A DNA stretch of 64,000 nt from Dendrobates tinctorius (taxonomy: Eukaryota), in the NCBI RefSeq assembly GCF_039654945.1, contig NW_027361770.1, positions 21,886,001 to 21,950,000 of the forward strand. The letters run 5' to 3'. Each line of letters starts with the position of its first letter. Position 1 is the first letter of the stretch. The translations under genes and the position numbers were made by a program. The notes below the pieces were generated by a model that did not search any database, had not been told where the DNA came from, and saw only the letters and a program-made list of their open reading frames with translations. Positions 51,630 through 63,198 of the stretch are shown piece by piece.

Positions 51630-53390
51630 GGTCACGAGAAGAATCAAGCAAATGTGAAGAATACTGTAGACAGGGTCTATATATTAACATACCACACCCA
51701 CAATGAAGTCCCATTGGTCTTGTGTGTTGTTGAATGGTTGTTTTTTCATTTTTGTGGGGTTTTTCCAAAATCTGTAAAAAAACGCAAACGCACAAAAAAC
51801 GCATACAAACGCGCAAAAACGCTACGTTTTTTTCCTGCATGCGCATAAAAATGCTTGAAAAAAACGCAGCGTTTGTATGCATTTGTATGCGTTTTTTTAA
51901 TGCGTTTTTTTGCGGGAAAAACGCGCTGCAAAAAAAAGCAAGTGTGAAACTAGCCTTAGCTTCTCTCTGCTGCTAATGCTCTGAGCAGCAGAGTAAGGCA
52001 CCAGAACAAGGGGATAGCTGGAGCTCCACTGCAACACAGCCTGCTCCTGAGTCCAGCTTGGTTGGTCTCCAAATGAATAATATCACCAACAGTGAGTTGC
52101 AGCACCTTATGACCCTTTATAGGAAGGAAGGAGTGGTTCCACCTGCTGACTGACTAAACATGTAGTATCATCAGCAGCCACTGAGAGGGAAAACCCAGCA
52201 GCAGACTCACTAAACTTGTAGTAGCACTAGCCGCCACCAGGGGCAAAAACCCATATTAACCCCCAAGGGCCAGAAAGGAAAAAGGTTTACATAAGAGAGT
52301 CCAAAAATGGATCGTGACAGTACCCCTCCTTCAATGAGGGGCCTCTGGACCCTCAACACTGCACCTCACCAGAAAAGCACCTACGGTGAGGAAGTCTAGA
52401 TCCACCAGAGTTCACCTCTGCGACCACCTGACTCTTAGGTTCTTGGCAATCGTGGGCTGATGGAGGTGGCAACATATGCTCCAGAGGCGCCACGAATCTC
52501 CAGAGCGCCGACCTGGGGAATGAGTTGTGTATGGGCATTACTGGGGGCAACTCCAGCTGGTAAGTCCCCGGGCTGGGAATTGCCAACACCCGATACGGAC
52601 TGATCACCGGAGAACTCCAGACCCCTGAAACACACTTCCACCGGATGTTTTTGATGGACACCCATACATATTCATTCACACACAGGTCTTGACCTGAGCG
52701 TTTTTTGCCATGCACACGTTTGCCACAAGTTGGTGAACTCTTCGCAGAACCGACAACAGAGGTGTCCCCCTGTGTTGTCACACTCACACCCCCACAATGC
52801 TCAGAAGGAGTCACCACCCTTCTCCCAAGAGGACTAAGACACCCAGGGTTAGCATGTGGTGAGGGTAGAGACTTGCCCCTACTCCCTGGAAGCACCTCTG
52901 CTGCCTCACTGGAGTAGAAGGGGACGGTTGTAGAATGACAGCAGAGACAGTAGCCCCCAGGCAGCATCCCTCACATGACTAACCACAGCCAACTACTTCC
53001 TTAGACCGCCAATCTATTACCGGGTTGTTTTTTTCCAACCACAGGAAGCCTAAAGTGATAGGTACTGGCATTCCCTCCAAGACGTAACATGACAGGGACT
53101 CCTCATGATGAGTCCCTATACGCAGATGTATGTTATCCACGACTTGGGTCAACCTCACCTGGCTAAGTAGGACAGAGTCAATGGCCTGGACGCTTAGGGG
53201 TTTGGCTAGCGTCCTACACCTCAGGCCATGGGTTTGGACAAAGTGAGCATCGACCAGATTGACTCCGGCTCCACTGTCCACAAGCACCGGTAGACCATCA
53301 GTCTCCCCACCAAGCACCACCTCCGTAGGCAGGTTACACTAAGGGAAAGAAATGGAGGAAATATACACTTCCTGTATTACTTCCTGTATT

Positions 53391-54075
53391 ACTTCCTTAT
53401 CTCTCTCACCCATAAAGCTCTCCACTGTTCTGCACAGCCTTATATCTCCTCTCTCATCTCTGTCTATCGCCCTACACGTGCCCTCCGTTCTACAAATGAC
53501 CTAAGACTAACATCCCCCGTAATCCGAACCTCGCACCTCTGTCTCCAAGACTTCTCTCGTGCTGCTCCAGCTCTCTGGAATGCACTTCCCCAGACGATCA
53601 GACTGATACCTAGCCCTGACCTATTCAAGCGCGCTTTGAAAACCCATCTCTTCAAAGAAGCCTATCACATCAACTACTCAGCAAGCTAACTTTGCCCTGT
53701 TCCCTCCTTCCAAATATTATTCTGAATCTGCACCCTACTATTCATCTGTCTCCACACCCTTCATGCACATAACTGCACTTGATACTTGTCTATTGCACTT
53801 AAACACACGGGCTGATGACCGGATCATGCAGCTTTATATGAAAATCCCTATTATAATTGCCAGACCTGAATTAACAAGCATTTCTCACCTACTGTGTCCC
53901 CCCATTTCCTTGTAGATTGTAAGCTTGCGAGCAGGGACCTCACTCCTAATGTCACTGTTTGAATTGTCTTAACTTGTATTGAATTTATTGTCTGTACATG
54001 TCCCCGCTTAATTGTAAAGTGCTGCGGAATATGTTGGCGCTATATAAATAAAAATTATTATTATTAAATTATTAT
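53391..54075 (+). mobile_element. 5'-truncated L2-type LINE inserted in Gypsy C between gag and protease
   Basis: ORF2 end (LQDFSRAAPALWNALPQTIRL..FKRALKTHLF), 3' tail TGTAAAGTGCTGCGGAATATGTTGGCGCTATATAAATAAA(ATT)n, and TTCCTG on both sides. Confidence 0.88.
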
Positions 54076-56119
54076 TCCTGGTCACCTCCCTCCACACGAC
54101 CAGGGAGACGCGGCTTCTTAGCTGGTACAGAAGATTTGGCACGCATTGGGCAGACTCCGATGAAATGACCAGTCTGCCCACAGTAAAAACATACCCCCCA
54201 CCACGGTGAACTGCAGGTAACACTATTTTGGCTCCTCCCACCTGCATGGGTTCATCCATCAGCACTGGTGTGTCCTCCTCCATAGCAAGGACTACAGGGG
54301 GCACATTTGGTGTATACCTGTCCCTGAGGTGTCTATCAATCCAGATGGCAAGGGACATGGCGTCCTCCAATGATCTGGGGACGGAGTACTGTACCAGAGT
54401 ATCCTGCAACTTTGGGGACAGACTCTGCACAAAATGACTCCTAAGGGCAGGATCATTCCACTGCGTGCCAGTGGCCCACCTCTTAAACTCTGAGCAGTGC
54501 TCCTCAGCAGGCCAGCCCCCCTGCTTGATCTTATGGAGTCAGGTTTCCACCAGGGAGACGCCATCAGGATCTCTATACGCCAGCGCCAATGCCGCAAAAA
54601 ACTCGTCCACTGATCGTAAAGATGGTGAATCGGCCGGCAGGGAGAAGGCCTAGGATTGGGGATCACCTTTAAGAAGGGACATAATGATTCCCACCCATTG
54701 TTCCTCACTCCCTGATGAAAAAGGACCGAGCCTGAAGTATAACTTACAGGCCTCCTGAAAAACCAAAAACTTATCTCTCCCTCCAGAAAACCTGTCAGGG
54801 AGAGATATTTTGGGTTCTGGTTGAGCCTGCACCTGTACCAAGGCCCCAAACCCCACCAACTGCTGCATCTGCTCCACAACCTCTCCACGCAGCCCCCTAA
54901 GCTCATTAGTGAGGGACTAAAGCAATGTGGCAAAGGCCTGCATTTGGGCCATGGCTCACCATAAAAAAAAGTGTAGGTTGGTGATAATGTCACAGGGCAG
55001 TAGGGAAAAAACAGGAGACGTGGAACCTGGGCCCCTGAACTGCCCCTCAGGCTAAGGCGGTGCCCTGACTCTCCTTAACTTGGGGGTACACTTGATGGTA
55101 GTGAGGCCCAAGTCCCTGACCTGTCCCTATCTCCTGTTTAGCCCTGAGCTAAACCCCCAACCCCCTCCCCAGGAGGTGAGACAGGGAAAACATGTACTGC
55201 ACTAAATAATAAACAAGGAAAGATACGACAGACACCTAAGGGTAAAATAAGCTAGAAAACAAGACTTAGCTTCTCTCTGCTGCTAATGCTCCGAGCAGAA
55301 GAGTAAAGCACCAGAACAAGGGGATAGCTGGAGCTCCACTGCAACACAGCCTGCTCCTGAGTCCAGCTTGGTTGGTCTCCAAATGAATAATATCACCAAC
55401 AGTGAGTTGCAGCACCTTATGACCCTTTATAGGAAGGAGGGAGTGGTCCCACCTGCTGACTGACTAAACATGTAGTAACACCAGCGGCCAACGGGGGGAA
55501 CCCAGCAGCAGACTCACTAAACTTGTAGAAACACCAGTAGCCACCAGGGGCAAAAACCCATATTAACCCCCAAGGGCCAGAAAGGAAAAAGGTTTATATA
55601 AGAGAGTCCAGACTCTGACACAGATCCAAAAATGGATCGTGACAATTTCTGGATCATGTTGATGTTTGGCTTCTTCTTTTCTTGATAGAATTTTAACTTG
55701 CATTTGAGGATTGCAAAATGTTTTCTGGAAGCATTCCTCACCCCATTCAGTGATTTGCTGAATCATGTCTGTTTGTAATGCAGTGCTGCCTGAGGGCCCA
55801 GATATCAGACCATCCAATATTAGCCACTGACATTGTTCATAGTGCACATGGATATCTCCAAAATTCCTGAATCTTTAAATTATATTATGTTTGCTGAGAA
55901 ACATTTTTCTGAAACTTTTCCACAATTTTTAGACAGTTTCTCACAGATTGATGAACCTCTGAATAGCTCTGATTCTGAAAGTAACTGTCTCTCCGACAAA
56001 CTCTTTTTATAAACAGTCATGTGAATTCATTGAACATTAACTCTCTAGAAGTTTTTCATAAGAAACACAGTTCCAGTCTTTTATTAACTTTGTCTCAACC
56101 TTCTTGAGATGTGTTGCTG

Positions 56120-57270
56120 GAAAAAATTAATTAATGGAGATTGGAAAAGACTTAGTGTACATAAAAATCCCCTTAAAACACAATTTTATTAATGATCATA
56201 AAAACACACCTTCCCAGTGACGTTGAAAAAATGTGGGACACTGTATTGCGGGCAGACTCTTGATCTCCTGGCGATTTCATATGATGCGCTCTGTTTGTTT
56301 ACATTAGTGAGCAGGGAGAAAGCATGTGATCGAAAGGTCCGGCCCACATTGGTGATGCGCCCATTGCTGGTATCTATGGGCGTGTCCGGGAGCTAAAGGG
56401 AAAACATGTGACCGGAAGTGCCGGCGCCATCTTTGATTCCCCTCCGCTCTGCCCGCACAGGATGGTTCCGGAGGCTACAACCCGCTGAGGGGGTTGCGCG
56501 ACCGGAAGTATGGGCGCCATATTGGATACGCCCCACGGTGGAACGCACGCTAATGACCCCTTCTTCCGCTTTGAATTTTGAATGCAGCGGCGGGCTCTCA
56601 GGTATATGATATTTTTTGCTGCACACCTGGCTCTCAGTTATTTGCATCTTCACACCGATTGGACTGCCGGATAGTGGGTGGTATGCAAAACAATCACACC
56701 GGTTATTTAAATCCGGTTTCCTAGACTTCTGGTGCCACTATTATTGAAGGTATCAGGCATGAAGCAGCAACAATATTTTTGATAGGACTATTCCTCCTGA
56801 TGAACCGCTACGGCGGGGAAACGCGTTGAGGGTCCCCCATGAGACATGATAAGTGACCTTTTCATTTATTGCTGATTGTATTTGAGGATGTTTATCTCTC
56901 CAAGTGAGAATAGCTGCTATTTTTGTGGGTCACATGATATCATGATGTGGGTTATGTTTTATTGTTGTATTATCTGTTTGGTCTGCATAAGTCCTAGGGC
57001 ATTCTGATCTTTTCATTACTGTTCTATCTTGAAATTGTTTTCCTCTCTGTGATACTAGGGATCACTAGGGAAGTGAGGGATAGTCCTCGTTGAGTGGGGG
57101 CGCCAATATCGTACTATTAGGGTGCCAACCTCCACGGATAGGAAGGTATCAGTTAGGCCTTAATGTAGGGCTATGCAGCACCTTATACTAGGTTTATTTT
57201 TTGACATTTTTTCAACGTCACTGGGAAGGTGTGTTTTTATGATCATTAATAAAATTGTGTTTTAAGGGGA
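56120..57270 (+). mobile_element. Non-coding Penelope-type insertion with a hammerhead ribozyme, inverted terminal segment and 16-bp TSD
   Basis: TTGAGATGTGTTGCTG at 56104-56119 and 57271-57286; an inverted repeat of about 69 bp at 56166-56234 and 57204-57272; a hammerhead at 56793-56831. Confidence 0.88.
56793..56831 (+). ncRNA. Minimal type I hammerhead ribozyme
   Basis: CCTC-CTGATGA-A-CCGC-TACG-GCGG-G-GAAA-CGCG-TT-GAGG: canonical core boxes, stems I and II, palindromic stem III and a GUU triplet. Confidence 0.85.
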
Positions 57271-57377
57271 TTGAGATGTGTTGCTGCCAGTAATTTCTAA
57301 ATGAGCTATTGAGTAAATTTTTTCAAATAAATAGAAAATGAATATTTCACATAAATTATACCCCTATGCGTCAGATA

Positions 57378-58504
57378 TCTAATATATAAAGCTCAAAGTG
57401 TGTATGTATGTGTGTATGTATGTATGTGTGTGTGTATGTCCGGGATAGGCATCCGCACCGTCGCAGCTACAGCCACAAACTTTGGCACAGTCACATGTCT
57501 GGACCCCGAGAGCGTCCTAAGCTATGTTGTGAGGCGAAATTTTAACCCCGCACGTTCCAATTCACCAAACAATTTTGCCCCTATCTACATACTGGGGGAA
57601 AAAGTGTGTGCGCGTCAAGCCCCGCCCCTCATTATGATGTCATAATGCCCCTATTTGCATACTGGGGAAGCAGTGTGTGCGTATCAAGCCCCGCCCCTCA
57701 TTATGATGTCACAATGGTTGCCATGGCGACACTGATGTCATCATAGGTTGCAAGCCCTGCCACCGCTCATTATGATGTCATAATGGTTGACTATGGAATG
57801 GAGGATGTGTGATGGGTATATGGGCACCGGACTATGGGATGGAGGATATGTGTGATGGGTATATGGGCACGGGACTATGGGATGGAGGATGTGTGATGGG
57901 TATATGGGCACTGGACTATGGGATGGAGGATATGTATGACGGAATATGGGCACGGGACTATGAGATAGCGGATATGTATGATGGGTATATGGGCATGTGA
58001 CTATGAGATGAAGGATGTGTGATGGGTATATGGGCACTCGACTATGGGATTGTGAATATGTATGATGGGTATATGGGCACGGGACTATGGGATGGAGAAT
58101 ATGTATGATGGGTATATGGGCATGGGACTATGGGATGGAGAATATGTATGATGGGTATATGGGCACTCGACTATGGGATGGAGGATGTATGATGGGTATA
58201 TGGGCACGGGACAATGGGATGGAGGATATGTATGATGGGTATATGGGCATGGGACTATGAGATGGAGAATATGTATGATGGGTATATGGACATGGGACTA
58301 TGGGATGGAGGATGTGTGATGGGTATATGGGCACTCGACTATGGGATGGAGGATATGTATGATGGGTATATGGGCACGGGACTATGGGATTGTGGATATG
58401 TATGATGGGTATATGGGCACGGGACTATGGGATGGAGGATAATTATAATTTTCTATAACCACAGTTAGTTACTATGCCCGGGCAGCGCCGGGCTCTTCAG
58501 CTAG
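57378..58504 (+). mobile_element. Non-autonomous Helitron copy 4
   Basis: A|TCTAATATATAAAGCTC ... GCCCGGGCAGCGCCGGGCTCTTCAG CTAG|T, with a longer minisatellite. Confidence 0.9.
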
Positions 58505-58762
58505 TATACTTATAAAGATGTAAGATGATAATATTGTCTATTGTAGCAGCTGATTATGAAATATTAGATATTTCCTAACTTTTTGAGAAGTACAAATATA
58601 AGGAATACTCTTAGAGTAAAGATGTAAGGACTAAAAGCAAATGTAAAGCAGAAATATAAAACACTAACAGCTCAGTTTTACATTGATTTGGTGGTGGAAC
58701 CAATGGTATGGCCATTTCTCCAAAGTGTTCCATGAGTCATTTTTTCAAAATGACAATGCTAG

Positions 58763-59645
58763 TGTAACGGGTGCCCGGGTGTCAGCTGTGGCGAGGAGCT
58801 TTAACTCTTCCACACCCGGACGCTCCCTTACTACAAAATCAGCATGTCCTTGTTCCCATTTGCTGTGTGTGTGCGGTGCTTCATTGACCTGTGGGGCAGG
58901 TACCCCTTCAGCGTGCAGAGCTCCAATCCTACGCAGACACACACAAATGTAATCAAAGTTCCTGTTCATTTTCTGTAAAACTTTACTTAAGTCATCTTCT
59001 TTCAAAACAGTTACAGTAATTCCATTTTCACAGAACATGAGCATGGCAACTCCTTCACTCTCCCTGGTCTGCCCTTCCTGCTTCTCTTTCTGCACCATGT
59101 TTTCCAAACCCAAGGCATCCCAAATATTCCTGTTAGCTGTCACTGGATGCTCCCCATCCAACTGCCCCACTCTGGGCATGTAGCAGTCTGCCGCTTGCAG
59201 ACTCTAACTGGATCCAAGAACCCAAACTATCCAGACGGTGTCCCACAGACGCTAGGCCAAGATTTTCCCAAGTGCCTTTCCTTCAGGGTGCTCCAAGCAA
59301 CAAACTTTATCCAGACTTTCTCTATTCGCTCCGCTCTGAGTCCTGAGGGCTCTGAACACAACTCTTTCACGTCCTGCTTGCTCCAAGCTGCAACTTACAC
59401 TGAACTGCGACTGTAACTCCAGCCTGCACTGCTGTTCGCTGCTCACACACACTCTGACTAACTTTTCTAGAAAAATTCTCTCTCCTCTGGGTAACTCCTC
59501 CCACCAACAATCCCATTGGTACAACTAATTAACTATTTGTAATCTTGCTAAAACCAGCTAGCTATTGCTATTCTATCTCCCTATGTTTATAGCTAGCAAC
59601 TTACATTCTAACCCTACAGTGCCCTCTAGTGTCCTAAGCACTACA
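58763..59645. mobile_element. Possible solo LTR
   Basis: A GC-richer block bounded by TGTAAC...CTACA within AT-rich flanks. No clean TSD. Confidence 0.35.
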
Positions 59646-59948
59646 TAACTATGCTGTCCCTACAATACTTTGNNNNNNNNNNNNNNNNNNNNNNNNNNNN
59701 NNNNNNNNNNNNNNNNNNNNNNNNNNNNNNNNNNNNNNNNNNNNNNNNNNNNNNNNNNNNNNNNNNNNNNNNNNNNNNNNNNNNNNNNNNNNNNNNNNNN
59801 NNNNNNNNNNNNNNNNNNNNNNNNNNNNNNNNNNNNNNNNNNNNNNNNNNNNNNNNNNNNNNNNNACGGAAATACACATAGCATACAGCACCTCTTTTAC
59901 ACTAGGCCAAATATTGTATTGCTTGTATTGCTTGCTTGTCACTTGTAA

Positions 59949-60906
59949 GTGACACCCCCCAGGGCTGGGCGTACTCAGCATCGGACTGAACAGTTCTTTG
60001 GGGGAGGTCACGGGGCCGTGATCCATTTCCGTGGCCCTGGCCGTGTCATAAAATGGGGGATAGTTATATGGCATTGAGTCATGACGCCACCCGTGGTGTT
60101 CCAAAATGGGTGGCAGATGCTATGGTTCAGGTCCACTGGGGCTGATGGTGATGCAGTAAAGATGGTACAGCTCACCAAGGGTAGAGCGGGGCCCCAGGTG
60201 GTGGTGAATGTCGGGGTGCAGAGAATAAGTATGGGACACATAGAAGTGCAGTTTTCTTTACCTTTTACTTCTTGGTAGATGAAAACGCAATCCGGGGTAC
60301 CAGTTACAGATGACAGAAGGAGTCCTGCTAGCCTGGAGGCATTCAGGGGGTTACCCTGCCAAGTGGAGTTGGGGACCTTCCTGCTGTGCTCTCTTTTCAG
60401 GTCCCTGCTTCCTGTAGCGAAGCTGCGGCCCTCTCCTGTGTGTTGGCTTTAGCCTGTATGGCAGACAGTGTGAGCCTATCACAGGCACTGCCTTTTCACT
60501 GTCAGCCCCGGGCTCTTGGTCTGCTGCGGTGCCTCCTGGTGTTCGATGTGGCCTGAGAGCTTGAAGTCCCCTGCCCTCCAGATTCGACTGTTGGGGTGTA
60601 CAGCACCCACCCAGCCAAGGACTCTGGCATACATTTTGTCGGCGCTCCGCTCTGGGGTCAGCTCCACGCAGCTTCAATTCTCCAGAGACCGTGACTCCGC
60701 GCCTTCTCCACCAATCAACTTTCAAACAGACTTAATTGACTCCTCCTCCCGATCAGAGAGAACAGTCCCCTGAAGTCAGGTCTAGAGCAGGAATTGTGAT
60801 GCATACTGTGTAATACCTGGCATGGAGACCCCCCTGCCTCCAGGCATGATATCACCCCTAAGAGGGAGGCAATGTCACTGTGGCAACTAGACTCTGGGGT
60901 GCCACA
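59949..60906. mobile_element. Probable solo LTR (about 958 bp)
   Basis: Terminal inverted repeats GTGACACCCC / GGGGTGCCACA and a sharp GC shift at both ends. The TSD is imperfect. Confidence 0.6.
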
Positions 60907-62720
60907 TAAACAGCCTACGTATCCTAAACAAGTTATAATAGCCTATAGCGTTTCCGAACTTGTCTCCTGTTGAGCACATCTAGGGCTTCTATAGTCGGCA
61001 ATTGCAAAAAGATCTTACAGCAGCAGATTTTGATGATTTACATGCCCAAGTGCATTCAGTGTGTCAGAACTTTATTCAGACAGGAATGATAATATTTTTG
61101 ATAGCGTGCCAAAGCATGTAAGTGCATGTGTTTTTGCGTGTGGGGCCCATACTTTCATCACTTTGGTCTATGTTCCTATACCTTCATCAGACTCACGGAT
61201 TGCCACAATGAGAGGAAAAAAAGAGCAGGAGAGATACAGTGTTTCTAGTAAATCGACAGCAGGCACTGAAAGAAAGGGCTCTATGTGATTGCATCACACA
61301 CTTCTTGCCATTGTCAGTGATCACGCAGCACACTTCTTGCCAGTTACAGTGATCACATAGTTCATTTCCTCTCCTGTTTTACTATTAGCTCTGGTCATTT
61401 TTTGTATTTTTTCCCTCTCATTGTGTAATCTATGAGTCTGATGAAAATGTTGCATGTATAATGGCTTGCCTATTAAAGTATCATTTTGCTCTGCTTACGA
61501 GGAGTGCCAAGGTTTTCTTTATTGATTCAGTTGCAGAGTGGTTTCTTACCTGTACACACAACCAGATGGAGTACTGTGTATCTCACGTATCCTATTATAT
61601 GTTTGGTCAATTCTTGTGTAGTGATGCCTTTTTTCTTTTATATGTTATTGGGCTATTATTTTTCTAATGCAGATATATTAAAGTTCTTGGCTTAAGTACA
61701 ATAAGCTGATTTGGGAGTTAGGTCATATAAATAAATAAATGAACAATAGAATGTTAATACAGCAATTTCTAATGTGCTATGCCCTTTAAAAGGATCCATT
61801 TGGCATGTTTCTTCTCACAGGTATATTATATAATGCTTTTCTTAGCACCTGGTTATTCTGTAAAATAATATTTTAAAATAGCAAATAATATCTGTAATCA
61901 CTCTCAAGAATATAAATCACAGTATAGTTAATTACCACATAGTTATTACATACTTTTACTTGTGAAAGACTTATCTTAAGATAAATCACTAATGGTTAAT
62001 GGTAAGTATGGCACTTGGGACACTCTACGATCAATAATGAAATGAGTAGAGCCCCCAATTACACATATTTCAGCTTGTCATGGCTGAGAACTTTCATGGG
62101 GATTAATAACTATAACGAGTGGCTCTTCTTTGTGCATTTGAAAGGAGTCTTTTCTCTAGTGACTTATAAGAGCTCTGTTGATCTCGTGATTGGCTAGAGA
62201 ATGTGAAACCAAGCACTGAAACAGATTGTCCACTAAGAGATGAAATCCCCTAGTTGCTCTTTAAATTTCAAATTCAATTTTGCTGATGTATAGGTCTCTA
62301 GTTAATGATTTTCCATGGAGTGTTTTCTTGCAGAAACCCATACATTTATCTATGATCTGAAACTTTTTGGTCATGTAAATTTCAAGCTAAAGTTTACAGA
62401 TATGGGAAAAAAACAACAACAAGATCATTGGCACATAAGGCTGACTGATGTGCCTAACAAGTCAAGAATAGCCTCTCTACATTGATCCCGCTAAGAAGCT
62501 ACTGTAGCACAATTAGCAAAAAAAAAAAAAATCATAATACTGGCTATAATAAACATAATACATCAAAGGATGCCATGTATCCGCACACTAGTCAAAGTGG
62601 TATTGTTGGACACTGTTGACTGTCAAAGGGCCTACAACTGACACATAAACATCAGAACTAGAGCAATGAAAGAAGGTGGTTTTGTATGATAAATTATATA
62701 TTTTTTTAAATCAAAGGGAC

Positions 62721-62959
62721 ATTATTATTAAGCTGTTTCTTATATAGTGCTATTTGTCGGCAGCTCTTTAGATAAATTATCATTGCAGTCCTCAATGGGG
62801 CTCACAATCTAAATTCCCTATCAAAATGTCTTTGGAGTGTGAGAGGAAACATGGGGAGAACATACAAGATCCTTGCAAATGTTGTGCTGGGTTGGATTTG
62901 AACCCAGGTCCTCACCACTGCAAGTCTGCAGTGTTAACCACTGAGCCACTATGCCGCCC
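62721..62959 (-). mobile_element. tRNA-derived SINE with an L2-like tail
   Basis: Minus-strand A box TGGCTCAGTGG and B box GGTTCAAATCC; tail GCACTATATAAG...(TAA)n. Confidence 0.82.
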
Positions 62960-63198
62960 AGTGGTTTATGTGGTAAGAGGTATAGCAACAGAATACAGAT
63001 TCAAAAGAAGCAAACAAGAAAGGGAAAGTGTTATGCATTGGGCAATGTTCTGCTAGAAATTTGTGGAACATCTAACATACCATAAATATACCATCAAATA
63101 TCTTCAAATGTCTATGCCATGAAAGGTCAAAGCTATTTCATGGTGCTAGCACGCTTACCTTTAGTCGGATAGTTGTAATGTTCTTATATACTTAAATA

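Larger units (their letters stand above)
44928..51955. mobile_element. Full-length PIF/Harbinger transposon (7028 bp) with convergent MADF and transposase genes
   Basis: TIRs GGCTGGTTTCACATTTGC / GCAAGTGTGAAACTAGCC; flanks TAA and TTA; the empty site AAGACTTAGCTTCTC is visible in the sister LTR at 55261; GCGTTTTT/AAAACGC subterminal motifs. Confidence 0.96.
44649..55644 (-). mobile_element. Non-autonomous Gypsy element C: 3' LTR 44649-52319 (split by Harbinger), 5' LTR 54988-55644, TSD ATTTC
   Basis: Both LTRs run TGTCAC...GTGACA. ATTTC lies at 44644-44648 and 55645-55649. A PPT is next to 52320. Internal gag PEPKISLPDRFSG, protease LVDSGAGVNL and integrase C-terminal remnant SPYRVLAIPSPGTYQLELP. 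No RT motifs seen. Confidence 0.93.
43470..57360 (-). mobile_element. Old decayed Tc1 element hosting nested insertions (own pieces about 43470-43970, 44400-44648, 55645-56119, 57271-57360)
   Basis: Minus-strand PACSPDLSSAENIWRIV at about 43875-43930. The sequence is continuous across the Gypsy TSD and the 16-bp TSD. Outer boundaries are approximate. Confidence 0.65.

Noticed and set aside
62880-62959. tRNA gene
   Set aside because: It has A and B boxes but no convincing cloverleaf and continues into a SINE body and tail.
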